Source: Malacoraja senta
Lineage: Eukaryota
NCBI GenBank assembly: GCA_038087875.1
Contig: CM075987.1
Span: 16,680,001-16,744,000, forward strand
Direction of reading: 5' to 3'
Length of the DNA stretch: 64,000 nucleotides
Both the position numbers and the translations under genes were made by a program. How positions within the stretch are numbered: position 1 is the stretch's first letter; each line of letters begins with the position of its first letter. Shown here piece by piece: positions 24,496-38,659 of this stretch. The notes below the pieces were generated by a model that saw nothing but the letters and a program-made list of their open reading frames with translations, did no database searches and was not told the origin of the DNA.

Positions 24496-27409
24496 AAAGA
24501 ACTAAACTGATGGTGCAGCTGTATGTGAACCTGGTGATGTGGACCTTCAAGCTTCTGTACCTCCTGCCCAATTGTAGCAGTGAGAGAGGGCATGGCGCAA
24601 ATGGTAGCGGTTCCTGATGTTTGAAACCGTCTATTTGAGCCAGTGCCTCATGTAAATATTTGCCTTCAATGGCGGGGAGGGTTGTGGCAGGTCGAGGTCA
24701 CCACCCTCTGCAGAGAAAAACACTTTTTAGGAGCAAGATGTTGCCTTGCTAAATAAACCAATGCATAAAGACCTTTGAAGCGGTGCCAGGTTTTTAATTA
24801 ACCCTCGAGGACAAAATAGTTGTGGTTTGTGCATTAACTAACAGTTCATAAATGTCCACCGTGTAAGTGAAAGACATCGCTGCAAGACACGGGAAGGAAA
24901 TGTTGGCCAAACTTTACTGCCTTTCATTAAGCGAGTGCAAAAATAGCAGGGAAGAGAGTTAAGACCCAACTGGGCAACCCTCCATATGACAAACAGGGCT
25001 AAATACAGCACCTGATGGAATTTGTCTTCAGTTCAACACTTGTCTGAACTCAATGGGGGTAGACACAAAGTGCTAAAGTTACTCAGCAAGTCAGGCAGCA
25101 TCTCTGGAGGACCTGCATAGGTGACGTTTCGGGACGCGACCCTTCTTCAGATCCTCCGCGACACCTTCCCATGAGCTCCTCTCCCCCTCTCGAGCCTCCT
25201 CAGAGCATGGGTCTGACCCCATCCCTGACCACTTTGTTAGATTTTCACCATTTCCCCCCTCCCACGACCTTCCCCGCTCCAATGCAGTATGGTCAGTCCT
25301 CAGCAGAGGACTCCTAGAACAGAAAACAAACTTCCAAAAGCTCCTGTGGACATGTGGATCAGAAGCTGCACCTTTGTACCCTTGCGCCCACACCTCAACG
25401 AGTTCTGAGCCTGTTGTCCATCGTCCCCCTTGACGAGGGTAGAGCTGTGTCAGCCAGATTGTGTCTCTACTTGGGTAGGAAGGGGATAAAACCCACACAA
25501 ATGCATTGTTGTATGCAGAAATAGAGGGTAGACAGTCAGGTATAGACGGTAGACAGTCAGAAGCTATTTTCCAGGATGGAAATATCAAATACTAGAAAGC
25601 ATTGTGTTAAGGTGAGTGAGGATGTGCAGAGCAAGTTTTTCCTCGGAGAGTGGCGGGCGCTTGGAACATGCTGGCAGTGGTGGTGGGGGAGGCAGACACG
25701 ATAGGATGGGCACAAGGATACGCAGAGAATGGAGGAACATGGATTATATCCAGGCAGGGTAGAGTTGGTTTGGGCATTGTGTTTGCCACAGATATTGTGG
25801 GCCGAAGGGCCTGTTGTGTGTTGTGTACTATTCTATGTTCTATGTACAGATACAATGCAAACCCTCCTTGCAGCAGCATTATGGCAGATAGACTCGGACT
25901 CACACATAAACATGTTATACATAAATCACACTTGAATTCTACAAGACAGTGAAGAGAAAAGACTGTGTAAAAAGACAAGTGTTTAGCGCCATACACAATT
26001 GGGATGAGTTGGGCAATCCGCACACTTACACTTCAGTCTCAGGCCTCTGAATGGGCCCACCTTGGCAGCACGTCACCTGGGGTTGTTTGTGTTCAGCGTA
26101 AGGCCAAGCGCTGGGATCATTCTCCTGTCCCCAAACACAGGAGGGGGAGCGGGAAGGAAACTACGCCGACTGTCTTCAGTGCAGCAAGCTGGGTTGTGAT
26201 TGATCGGAAGATAGAGCATGGAAACAGGCCCTTCGGCCCACCAAGTCCACGCCAACCGTCGATCACCCGTTCACTCTAGTTCTATGTTAAACCACTTTCG
26301 CATCCACTGCGACACACACAATGTGTTTGGAATAGATCGGGTTGTTGCACAGAGTCTCTTGCCCAGGTTCGGGGAATCGAGAACCAGAGGGCATAGGTTT
26401 AAGGTGGGGGGGCGGGGGGTGGGGGGGGGGATTTAATAAGAATCTGAGGGGTAATAATTTCACACAAAGCATGGTGGGTGTATGGAACGAGGTAGTTGAG
26501 GCAGGTACACTTGCAACGTTTAGACAGGTACATGGATAGGATTTAGAGGGATACAGGCCAAACACAGGTAGGTAGGACTAGTGTAGATGGGACATGTTGG
26601 CCGGTGTGGGCATGTTGGGCCGAAGGGCCTGTTTTCCATGCTGTAAGACTCCATGATTCTATGACTCCAGAGATAATTTTCAGAGGCCAATTAACCTGCA
26701 GACCCGCAAATCTTAAGGATGTGGGAGGAAAGCGGAGTACCCAGACAAAACCCTCGCAGTCACGGGGTGAAACGTGCAAACTCCACACAGATGGCACCCA
26801 AAGTCAGGATTGAACTTGGGTTTCGGACACTGTGGGGCTGCAGATCTACCCAGCTGCACCACTAGGATTGTGAATCCACCTCGCGAAATGAGGCACCTTG
26901 GCTCTCAGCCAGACCTCTCAGTACAGATCAGGCTGCAGAGCAGCTGAGAAACACGAGAGCTGAGGCCTTCCGTAACTCAACCCCTTAATCCAGCGAGCGG
27001 GGTTTAATATCAGCCCGTTCTGGGAAACATACCAGAGCTGTGTAACCATGGCAAGATAGGTTAGAGCCTGTCTTTACAATATATTTTTCCTTTTTATTAA
27101 GTTTAACTGCTGTCTGAAACTCTGATGCTATTGACATACTGAACCACAAAGTGGCTGGAACTCTGTGTCTCCAGTCGCCCGTTCTTGATTTGGAAGAGCT
27201 TTTGATGAAAGACCCGCTCACCCCCAAAGTATGTTAGTTAGTGAAGTGGAGACACAAGACACTGCAGATGCTGGAATCTGGAATAGAAAACAAAGTGGTG
27301 GAGGAGCTGAAGCAGTTAAGTGCTCGTACATTATATAACACACATATATAATGTGTCAGAATACAGAGTTTAGCCTCATTCTATAATAATTAAAGCAGAT
27401 TACACAATA

Positions 27410-27583
27410 GAGACACAAGAACTGCAGATGTTGAAATCTGGAGCAAAACACAAAAGTGCTGGAGGGACAGCGGGTCAGGCAGCATCTGTGGAGGGAATGG
27501 GCCGACGAAGTTTTGGGTCAGCACCCTTTTTCGGACTGATGGAAGAAAGATGGAAAAGAGAGATGGGGATGGGACAAAGCCTG
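27410..27583 (-). mobile_element. PLE-derived short unit with 15-bp TSD
   Basis: GCAGATTACACAATA duplicated at 27395-27409 and 27584-27598; degenerate hammerhead-like motif near 27505-27536. Confidence 0.8.
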
Positions 27584-27631
27584 GCAGATTACACAATATA
27601 TGGAACAGCACAGCACAGGAACAGGCAGTCA

Positions 27632-27860
27632 TGGTGGCACAGCGGTAGAGTTGCTGCCTTACAGCAAAAAATGCAGCGCCAGAGACCTGGGTTCGATCCC
27701 GACTACGGGTGCTGTCTGTATGGAGTTTGTACGTTCTCCCCGTGATCTGCGTGGGTTTTCTCCGAGAACTTTGGTTTCCTCCCACACTCTAAAGACGTAC
27801 AGGTTTGTAGGTTAATTCGCTTGTTTAATTGGCTTGATAAAAATGTGAAATTGTCCAAGT
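27632..27860 (+). mobile_element. HE1-type V-SINE (3' truncated)
   Basis: Consensus match. Confidence 0.8.
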
Positions 27861-27949
27861 TGGCGATATGCAGTACTGCCCTACCGACTACAAAATTCAG
27901 AAGGTTCAGAAGGTTCAACACACAATGTCTGTGCTGAACCAAGACCAAC

Positions 27950-28955
27950 TTGGGTAGTTTACAACCTAATGGTATGAATACTGAATCCTCCAATTTTAGG
28001 TAACTTCTTCTCCCCTCTTCTCTGTGCCTCACCTGGACCCGCACCCATTTCTCCCCTTGCCCCCCCCCCTCCACTTCCAACTATATTCCTTCTTCTGCCT
28101 TCACAACGTGCCACTCTTCCATTCTTATCTTACTTGTCTGTTATCTTTTCATCTCTGGCCTTTGCCCAAATATCTACCTATCAACCCCCCCCCCCTCACC
28201 TGCATCCACCTATCATTCACCAGGCTTTGTCCTGGCCCTCCTCTCTTCCAGCTTTCTCCCCTCCACCCCAGCCACAATCAGTCTGAAGAAGAGTTCCAAC
28301 CCGAAACGTTACCTGTCCATGTTCTCCAGAGATAATAATAATAATAGATTTTATTTTAAGGGCGCCTAATACCGAGGTCTCTAGGACACCTTACAATTTA
28401 AGAAACATATAAACATATAAACATATAATCAGAGTAAAATAAGTTATAAAGACATCACCAATACATAAATTAAAAACAGAAATTTGATCCAAAAAAGACA
28501 ACAAAATTCAGAAAACACAACATGAAGGGAGAGCAGCGGCAGCCAAACCGCGCCAGCGTACACTCTCCCTTCCGCCCGCCATGTTGGACATAGGCTAACA
28601 CAGACACTTAACACTACACACAAAATCATCCCCCCACAATGGTTACCACTGTGGGGGAAGGCACAATGTCCAGTCCCCAACCCAGTTCTCCCCAGAGTCA
28701 GGCCCATCGAGGCCGCCACAGTTGCCTGTACGGAGGCCCGATGTTCCTGGCCGTCGGGAGAGTCCTCGCAGCGGCTGGAACGGCCGGTTTCCCAGCCGGA
28801 GTCGATGGCACCTGAAGCCGACAGGGCCGCGCCGAGTTGGAGCCACGAGGCTCCCGATGTTAAAGTCGGCGCTGGTCGCTCAGCAGAGATGCTGCCTAAC
28901 CCACTGAGTTACTCCAGCACTTTGTGATTTAGCACCTGCAATTTCTTGTATCTCC
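27950..28955 (+). mobile_element. Penelope-like element 3' end (ORF end, pyrimidine-rich UTR, hammerhead-like motif) split by a 550-bp insert
   Basis: LGSLQPNGMNTESSNFR* resembles the PLE ORF C-terminus. CTGAAGA..GAAACGTT at 28283-28310. The insert at 28334-28883 has a (TTA)n tail and CAGAGAT duplicated on both sides. Confidence 0.7.
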
Positions 28956-29221
28956 AGCTCCTATCTGCCTGCATATAATCCATACCCCTCCAATCCCTGT
29001 ATATCCATGTGCCTATCCAAAAGTCTCTTAAATGTCACTATCGTATCTGCCTCAACCACCGCTCCTGGCATAGTTATGGATGTTTTACCCATGCATGAAG
29101 ACAGGGAAATAGTTGGACAGTGGTTGCATCCACAAAGGTACATTTTACTACAGTGGTACATCGTGAATGACTTCCCACTGAGGCTTTTCCCTGTGGGGCA
29201 TCAAAGCCATCCACCCAGTTA

Positions 29222-29449
29222 AGGGCCTGTCCCACTTTCACGACCTAATTCACGACCTTTTTTACTTGTGGACATTTTTCATCATGCTAGAACAAACGCC
29301 CCGACCTACTTGATGCCACGAGTACCTACGACTAGCATCACGGCCTGCTACGACCTACCTACGACCTCGCGACGACCATGCTGCGAGCATGAGTCAAAGG
29401 CAAACTCGGCAGAGGTCGTGAATTAGGGCGTGAAAGTGGGACAGGCCCT
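29222..29449. mobile_element. Harbinger-like MITE
   Basis: TIRs AGGGCCTGTCCCACTTTCACG / CGTGAAAGTGGGACAGGCCCT; flanks TTA and TAA. Confidence 0.9.
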
Positions 29450-30237
29450 TAACTAATGCTGTCCTGGCCTGGATGGCTACCCTTGATCTACAACTTTAGG
29501 CTGTGCACGCCATACACAAGAAGAAGAAGACTACAGTGGGACACCATGGGCTACTGATGTGATGACGCAAAGTGACACTCATGTGGCTGAGGAGACCCAG
29601 GGTAACAGGGTGGAAATACCAATGCTGGACAAGAGTGGTGACCACTTATTTTTCTCATGTTCCGTGGGGTATTGTTTGATACTGATCAAACAAGTTGAAG
29701 TTTGCAGATGTGCTATAGAAAGAAAGCATGCTGTGGGGTTGCATCATAGCTTTGTTTTGGGGTAGCTGCCGAAAACCAAGGAAATTGCAGAGAGATGTAG
29801 CCCAGTCCATCACACAGACCCAACCTCCCACCAATAACTCCATCTACACATCACACTGCCTTGGGAAAGCAGACAAACATGTTCAAAGACTTGTCCCAAC
29901 CTTTCTTCTTGCTCCTGTTGGGCAGAAGATACATAAGTTTCAAAGCAGGCACTACCAAACTCAAGGACAGCTTCTTCCTCTCTGTTATCAGGCTTCTGAA
30001 CAGTCCTTCCATAAGCTAGGGTACAGTATGATTCACCTCTACCCCATTGCAGACATTGTCTATTGTCCCTGGAACCGCTACAATGCTGAGAACTATATTC
30101 TGCCCTCTGTCTCTTTCCCTTTGCTCTGCCGATTGTACTTGAGTTTGGCTTAATTGTCAGTGTTATCTGATCCGCCATCATATTGTGAACCATTGGTGGG
30201 ATTTATAAACAAACGCGCCTTGTCTTTCTCCCTGCAG

Positions 30238-30314
30238 TTACCGGGCCCCCGATGGCCCCATCGCAGTTCATCCACCTCCCACCTAAGTTTCCAGATAAGA
30301 TGGACTTTGACGAG
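30238..30314 (+). CDS. CERCAM: CERCAM-like coding exon 7 (77 nt)
   Basis: ccctgcag|TT ACC... encodes (I)TGPPMAPSQFIHLPPKFPDKMDFDE; donor GAG|gtaagc. Confidence 0.93.
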
Positions 30315-30982
30315 GTAAGCTCGCGCTGGCAGAGTGAGGTCTGATAGGGGTTGGGCTCTCTCCTCAGTTGGGTTAGGAAACAGCATTGGAAACATGGGGG
30401 TGAGAGAGGGTTTGAGTTCTATGGCAGCCTTACCCACCCAGTCCATAAGACATAGGAGTGGAATTAAGCAATTCAGTCCATCAAATCTGCTCCGCCATTC
30501 GATCATGGCTGATCTATTTTCCCCTCTCAACCCCATTCTCCTGCCGCCTTCCTGGAAATATTGATGCCCTTACTAATCTAGAACCTATCAATAATTTCCG
30601 CTTTAAAAATACCCAATGACTTGGCCTCCACAGCAGTCTGTGGCAATGAATTCCACACATTCACCACCCTCTGGCTAAAGAAATGTCCTTTTATTCTGAG
30701 GCAGTGTCCTCAGATCCTAGACTCCTCCACTGCTGGAAACATCCTCTCCACATCCACTCTATCTAGACCTTTCATTATTTGGTAGGTTTCAATTAGATCC
30801 CCCTCACCCTTCTAAACTCCAGCAGGTACATGCCCAGAGCCATCACATGCTCCTCATAAGTAATGTCCGTGACAACCTCTCTGTCCCTCATATTGTCCAT
30901 ATTATTCATATTATGGACATAAGAATACTTGGTCATACTTACAAATTCCTTCCAGGGTTCTGTTCCCATCTATTCCTGTACA

Positions 30983-31285
30983 GGGTGGCACAGTGGCGCA
31001 ACAGTAGAGTTGCTGCCTTACAATGCCAGAGACTCGGATTCGATCCCGACTACGGGTGCTGTCTGTACGGAGTTTGTTTGTTCTCACAGTGACCGCATGG
31101 GTTTTCTGCGAGATCTTCAGTTTCCTCCCACAGTTTTGTAGGCTAATTGGCTTGGTATAAATGTAAAATTGTCCCTAGTGTGCGTAGCATAATGTTAATG
31201 TGCGGGGATCGCTGATCGGGGTGGACTCAGTGGGCTGAAGGGTCTGTTTCCGCGCTGTATCTCTAAACTAAACTAAACTGAACTA
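30983..31285 (+). mobile_element. HE1-type V-SINE
   Basis: Consensus match. Confidence 0.85.
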
Positions 31286-32658
31286 CAGTGCCTCCGCACA
31301 TGTCCTCGATGCTAGGGTCTCATCATGTCCTCCTACCCCCACATAGCTCACCATTACCAGTGAAGCTTGCAAATCTTCCCAGCGACCCCCTTTGCCTCGT
31401 TGCCACTTTCTCCACCGACAAACGTTTTTCTCCCGCCCTCAGTTACCTCTACTGATTATTCTCCTCCTCCTTGCTCAATATTGACCTGTTCAGGAACTCG
31501 ATGGGTGCTGTGTAAGTGGTAAAATGTAAGTTTGTTCTTGCTGTGGGTATGTGCCAACTGGATCTGCCTCTCATGCTGAAACTATGATGCGTTTCAATGT
31601 ATGTATTTCTTGTTCGATCTGTTTGATCTAAAACTGGTTTAGTGCATTTTTAGTGCTCATAGAGACATAAGAGCTTTGCAGAATAGAAACAGGCTTTGCA
31701 GCCCACCTTATCCATGCCGGTGACACATTGGGCTAGTTGCATTTGCATGCATTTGGCCCATAACCCTCTAAACCCATTCTATTCATATATCTGTAAAAGG
31801 GTATTTTAAAAGTCATAATTGTATCCTCTTCTACAACTTCCTCTGGCAGCTCATTCCAGATACAGACTACCTTCTGAGTGAAAATGTTGCCCCTGAGGTC
31901 TCTCTCAAATCTCTCCCCTCTCACCTTAAGGCTTTACCCTCTTACTTTAGAATCCTCTGCCTAGAGAAAAGACCGCAGGCGTTCATTTTATCCACGCCAT
32001 TCATGATTCTTGATTTAAAGCTAAATATTAAGGTAATAGTTAAACCTCATAGTTAAATTTCTTGGCTGTCTTTTCATCCAAAGGTACTAAGATCAAAACA
32101 TTACATCCAGGTAGAAATTTAATGTGTTTTTATTTCCCTTTTCTCTCCTGTTTTCAATCAGACATTGTCTTGTTTGTTAAAAGCAAGTTAAACATGAAAC
32201 CCAAGTTCTCTGCTCCTCTCAACTTTTATTCTGTACACTGGCAGTGGTGAGTTTTCCAGCCAGGTTAACTTGATGATGCAGTGGGTTTGTCCACATTTTG
32301 ACGAGTTGCTCTCAAGTTGGATCTTCAGTGGTGGTATTAACGACAAGAAAAATGATCCATGGTTTTCAAAGGGCTAATGAGAGGGTATAAGGTGAATTGT
32401 CCTAAAATTGTCACTGCCATAAAAAAAATGTTAGCTAAGCAGAGCTGTGTTCTTCAAAGAATTACAAAGAGCTGTGTTGGGGGGAGGTGGCGGGTGGTGA
32501 AAGCAGGCATAGGTAGTTGCCAACGGAATTAGAAATCCTTTTTAAAGAGGAGGCTTTGGTACACAGGTTTTTCAGTATTGTAATATTCTATAGAAAGAAC
32601 TTACCTGTACAGATGGCCATTGACTAGATCTGGAGGAAACCTCTCGCCAATACTCTAA

Positions 32659-32895
32659 AGGGCCTGTCCCACTTGGCGGTTTTTTCGGTGACTGCCGGTA
32701 TCATTGACTGACGTATCAGGTCACCAAAATATTTGCGGCGTGACGCAGCGTGATGACGTATTGACGCGCTGTGTTTTTTCAAGTGTCGCAACGTTTTTTT
32801 TGTCATCGCTGGATTTTGAAATGTTCAAAATCTTTTGGCGACACTGATATGACGGCGGCAGTCGCCGAAAAAAATCACCAAGTGGGACAGGCCCT
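32659..32895. mobile_element. Harbinger-like MITE with TAA TSD
   Basis: TAA|AGGGCCTGTCCCACTTGG ... CCAAGTGGGACAGGCCCT|TAA. Confidence 0.9.
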
Positions 32896-33049
32896 TAACA
32901 CTAACCCTACTGAGCATACAGAGTTCTTTCATCAGAACTGGGCGATACAGTGGTGCAGCTGGTAGAGCCACTGCCTCACAGTGCCAGATACCGAGGGGCC
33001 CGTTCCTATGCTGTACTATGTTCAATGTGATCATCTTATCTTGTGGCAG

Positions 33050-33156
33050 GTTTATCTGATAAACCTCAAGCGACGTCCGGACAGACGGGAGAGGATGCTG
33101 CAGGCGCTGTACGAGCAGGAGATCAACTGCAAGATAATAGATGCCGTGGACGGGAG
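33050..33156 (+). CDS. CERCAM: CERCAM-like coding exon 8 (107 nt)
   Basis: Encodes VYLINLKRRPDRRERMLQALYEQEINCKIIDAVDG, the start of the GT25 domain; boundaries ggcag| and AG|gtcagt. Confidence 0.95.
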
Positions 33157-35959
33157 GTCAGTCAGCTTCCTTTGCAGATGTACTTGTCCCAGGGGAGATC
33201 ACCTTAATTGGCCTTAGAGCAGCAAGTCAGAAAACTGATTGCCCTTTGGGCAGAACCAGAGATAATGACTAAACCGCCCTCACGTTCCTCCCACTGGGTG
33301 GTGTGAGATCTCCTTTACTCCTTATGTGACTGGGAGGGGAGCTGGACTCTACATGGCATCCCTCCCCCCCTCCAGCCATCGGTACCAGAAGCAGCTTGTC
33401 ACTCATTGTGGGACCTCGCTGCATGCCAGTATTTGAACAACCAACACGCACATGAAGTCTATAATATCATGTTTGTGATTGAGTTACACAGTCAAGATCG
33501 GATCTGGATTTGGTATTAATATTGGTTTATTAATAATTATGTGTACCTAGATACAATGAGAGGCTTTTGTTTGCATTCTATACGGCTTGATTGTTCTCAT
33601 GTATGGTATGATTTACATGAATGCAATCAAGCCGTACACAACAGGTGAAGCAAAGAGAAAAATACTAGAGTGCAGAGTCAATAGAGTGTTGCAGGATCAT
33701 AATGCCCAATTCCAGACCAAATGTCCACAGTGAGGTAGGCTGGAAGGTTGTGCCCACACCTTAGTTTATGGGAAGGCGGTAGACATTAGGTTTAGGTTTA
33801 GTATTGTCACGTGTACTGAGGTACAGTGAAAAGCTTTGTTTTGCAAGCTATCCAAACAGATTAGCTACACTATAAATAAATACAATCAAGTCAAACTCAA
33901 GTACAACAGATAGAGCAAAGGGGAAGATACGGAGTGCGGAATATAGTTCTCAGCATTGTAGAGCATCAGTTCCATAAGCAAAGTCCAACGTCCACAATGG
34001 GGTAGAGTTGAATCGGACAGTACCCTAGTGTATGGAAGAACAGTTCAGATAAAGGGGGGTGGGGAGAAGCTGTTCCTGAGTCTAGTGTTGTGCGCTTTCA
34101 AGCTTCTATATTGTCCGCCAGGCCGGGATGAAAAGGATCCTTAAGGATTTAGGTTTGTGCCAAATAGCCTCAGCCAGGGGCATATTATCAAAACCCCAAA
34201 ATAAGTTATGATGCCCTTGGGAGGCTCTCTACTGTGGAGAATGTAAACATGGCTCTTGTTCTGGGAAAGACTGGGAATTGGATTTGAAGAGGATGAAGAG
34301 GATAAATATCTTTTAGTTCTTATTATCATCAATTGTTGAAAAACACAACCCTCCCAGATGAGTTTCTCTTGCTTTGTTGCCCTGCCCCTTACTACCACAA
34401 ACCTTCTCATCCTCCCTCTTCAATTCACTTATGTCCTGAGCTGGCGCCCGAAAAAAAAGAAGAGGTTTTTGGCAAGGATCGATGAGACCGCAGCCCAGCT
34501 TGCTTGCTGTGGGGGGAATAATGAATTAGTTTGTTGCTGGTAGAGAAAGTATGGTAGCAATTTTGGAAACCAAATGCACCTTGGGCAAAATAACCATGTG
34601 CCAAGTGAGGAAAATTAAGCCAAGATCAGAATTTTCTTGTTTTAAATTCTAGTCATGTGTGGCTGACAGTTTTATAGTGCTTGAGATCATATACAGTATG
34701 TTGATTTTAATTCAATAAATCTGACTGAAACGAGAAAAGGAATGTGTTGAGCGACCAAGTTTAATTTTCTTGATCAATCAATGAAGACTGAATGTAATTA
34801 CTTTCCTGTGGTCACTTTAACCACTCCACTCTTGGAGGATCTGGCTGGTTTCATATTGATGTCTTCTAATACCATGGGAGCCCATTTTGAAGAGTGAATT
34901 TTGTTTTTCACCAGCAGGTGAAGAGTTGGTGCCTCTTGGCCTCTTGCCCTTAACTAGTTCTTACACAAGCACCCCATCCCCCCTCCCCCAACCTCACCTA
35001 CCTCACCGCATGGAAGCCACTTCGCTTTCGAGTTTAACATTGTCCTCAGGATTGGCTCCTGCCCTCCATTTGATGGACATCAACTCCGATCAATTCAATC
35101 AATTGAAAGATACGGCATGGAAAAAGCCCCTATTGACCCACTGAGTTCACACCGGCCATCATCATACTAGTTTCATGTTTTCCCACTTTCGCACTCACTC
35201 CTTAAACACTCAAGGCGATTTACAGAGGCCCAATTGACCCACAAATCCACACGTCCCTTGGATGTGGGAGGAAACCTAAGGACACGGATTAAACCCATGT
35301 GGTCACTTGAAGAACTTGCAACCTGCACACAGACAGCAGGCGAGATCAGGATCAAACCCAGGTCTTTCATGCTCTATGGCAGCTCTACCAGCTGCACCAC
35401 TATTATATGAAAGAACAAATCACTAACACTAAAGAATTGGTTTTGGTGCTTCGATTTTCTGGGAAGTTGAAGAAATTGGCAGAACATGAAGGACAGATGG
35501 GAATGTGAGCTCACCCTTGCAAGCTACATGTTGGATTCTTCTCAGTGACTGAGATGCTGCATGAAGTTCCCAGTTGGCACACATTAATCTCTCTCACTGA
35601 CCCAGATTTGGTGCACACTGGGCCATTCTCCAAAATGTGTGCGTGTCCTGCCACTCTCCAGCCAAGTGCCCATTCTTTGCCCTTCAGCCTAGAAACTGAT
35701 TGTTGACAGTCTTTGTCGAACCTTTGGGGAGCTGGACCCAAAGCAGTTGCTGAACTCATCTGACACCAACGCTCAAGCACATATTAAATTAGGTTAGGAA
35801 CGTAAGCGGTTTCTGATTAATTCCCAACGCAGTGGGATGTGTGAAGCTTTTCTGTAACAAGCCATTGGAAAGGAGCCGGCACGGTACAGAGCAGGAGTGA
35901 ATCTATGAATAACTGGTCTACATTATTTAACAGCTCTTTGCATAGTCTTAAGAAATAAA

Positions 35960-37225
35960 CAGCATTAATGTGTTAAAGTCCCCAGGGCCTGATGGATCCA
36001 TTCCAGGTTATTGAGGGAGGCAAGAGAGGAGGCTGCAGATCTTGATGAAGATCTTTGTATCGTGTCTGGCCACAGGCAGGGTCCCAGAGTACTGCAGAGT
36101 GACCACAATCCAACCTTTATTTCAAAAGGGAAATAGGGATGAGCCAAGAAAGTATAGGTCGGTGAACCTCCAATCAGCAGTCTGGAAGCTGCAAACAGGA
36201 TTCTTCAGGATATGATTTACTCACAGCTGAAGAGAATAGGCCAATTAGAGTCAGTCCGCATGACTTTGAGCGTGCCAGGGCTTGCTTTACAAACTTGACT
36301 GCATTTTTTGAGGAGGTGACAGTGGTGGATGTTGTCCATGTGGATTTTCATAGGGCGTTTGAGAAGGTCCCCCATGGTAGGCTGATCCAGAAGATCCAAA
36401 TTGACTTTGGACTTTGGATTCATAGAAGGCAAAGGGAAGTGTTGGAAGGGTGTGATTCTGACTGAAGCTCTGTGACCAGTGGGATTCCACAGGGATCAGT
36501 GCTGGGACCTCTGTTGTATGAAATGTTGATAGGTTTCGGCTTATTATTGTCACATGTAACGGGATACAGTGGGAAAACTTTGTTTTGCATGTTGGTTTGT
36601 AAGTTTGCAGATGATATAAAAACTGGTGGAGTTGCAGACGGTGAAGAAGGCTGTCAAAGGATGCAACAGGATATAGATCAGTTAGAGATACGCGAAGAGA
36701 AATGGCAAGTGTGAGTTGCTACATTTTGAAGACCAATTTTAAAGGGAAAGTACACAGTTAATAGCAGAACCCTAAACAGCATTGATCTCTTTACAGAGGG
36801 ATCTTGGGATCTAAGGTTGGACAAACATGGATTATTCTCTCTGGAGCATCAGAACCTGAGGGGAGACCTGATAGAAGTTCATAAACGATGAGAGGCTTAG
36901 ATAGGGTAGACAATCAGAACCTTTTTCCCAGGGTGGAAATGAAAAGATCAAAGGCTGTAGCTTTAAGGTCAGTGGGGGTGAGTTTAAAGGAGGCGTATGG
37001 GGCAAGTTTTTTATACAGGGTGGTGGGTTCCAGGAGCATGTTGTCAGAGGTACTGGTGGAGGCAGATATGATAGTGGCATTTATGAGGCTTTTAGATAAG
37101 CACATGATTTTAGAGGGAATCAAGAGATATGGATCATTTGCAGGCAGAGGAGGTTCGGTTAACTTGACGTCATGTTCGACATGGACATCGTGGGCCAAAG
37201 GGCTTGGTCCTGTGTTTTATATTAT
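35960..37225 (+). mobile_element. Old degraded CR1 RT fragment
   Basis: Remnant VTSGIPQGSVLGPLL and KFADD motifs with many frameshifts. Confidence 0.8.
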
Positions 37226-37543
37226 GTAAATGTAGTAAAACACTCAGGGTGTTGTCCTGTAAGGCCTGCCAACTTTAACTAGGCAAGGTCCCACTTCAAT
37301 GTCTTGTTGGTTGAGGACTGACCTTTGGATTGCTCATGACGAGAATGTATTGCTAGGCTTCATGTTGAGGAAGCAGAATATTCTCAATACTGCCATCTCA
37401 TCCAAAAGTTGAGCCTCCTGCAAACAGTGGAAACAAAGTGTATCCAAGAGTGTTACCACTTTCACTCCGTGGGCTAATGTGTACCTTTTACTTTAAAGTA
37501 TTAACTTTTACTGACATTTGCTACCTTGATTTTGTCTCCACAG

Positions 37544-37676
37544 TGCTTTCAATAGTAGTACGTTAAATGCGATGGGAATTAGCATGTTGCCTGGATATTT
37601 TGACCCATACTCTGGCAGGACTTTGACCAAGGGAGAAATTGGATGTTTCCTTAGCCATTATTCCATCTGGAAAGAG
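37544..37676 (+). CDS. CERCAM: CERCAM-like coding exon 9 (133 nt)
   Basis: ccacag|T GCT... encodes [44 protein letters not shown]; donor GAG|gtttgc. Confidence 0.95.
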
Positions 37677-38112
37677 GTTTGCATCTTTGACATGATGAGT
37701 TTGTACCATTATTTAACTTTTTAATTTGTTTTTTTCCCCTAAAAACTACCATTCACAGCTCTATATCTTACAGGAGCATTTCAAATCTTGCTTATATCCA
37801 GTGCTTTTTTAATATGTGATGGTGCACACCAATACACTGTACCAGCATCCCAAAAAAGTTAAACGCATGGTTTTATTTTCTGCTAATGTGATATGTATGT
37901 TCATTAATCATGTGTGCTGGCACCTTTTTGACTGCAAGAAAAAGCCCTGGTTAGATCACGAACACATATCTATCATTAGTGGTGGTCAGTGGACATTGTA
38001 TGCAGTGATTTGACCAAGTATGGGTGTGTCCACTTTAGAAGGTCCTGACTCATGGTCCAAGTATGCAGATTGTGTGGTTCCTGGCACTCAGCTGATGCCT
38101 TAACCAAGTTAC

Positions 38113-38445
38113 TGTTTAGTTTTGTTTTGTATAGAGATACAGCACGGAAACAGGCCCTTCGCCCCACCGGGTTCGCGCCGACCAGCGTTCCCCGCATATC
38201 CTACACACTATCCTACACACACTTGGGACAATTGTTTACATTTACCAAGCCAATTTACCTACATACCTGCGCGTCTTTGGAGTGTGGAGTTTGGAGGAAA
38301 CCGAAGATCTCCGAGAAAACCCGCGCAGGTTACGGGGGAACGTACAAACTCCGTACAGACAGCAGCCGTCCATAGTTGGGATTGAAGGCGGGTCTCCGGC
38401 GCTGCGTTCACTGTAAGGCAGCAACTGTACCGTTGCGACACCATG
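38113..38445 (-). mobile_element. HE1-type V-SINE
   Basis: Reverse-complement consensus match. Confidence 0.85.
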
Positions 38446-38659
38446 GCTCCTGTTCTTCTTGTGCCAGTCTTCATGTCAGTAGACACTCCCCCACGGAGAC
38501 CACAGCTGACTAATCCACTTATGAAATCCTGGACAGGATGACTGGGAATAACTTATTTTGTTTTGAGAGGCCAACAAATAGGGTTTCTTATATCTGAGGT
38601 ATCGGTGCTCACTGCTTCGTGTTGCCCATTCACATTGCGATCGTATTGAGAGGTGGAGT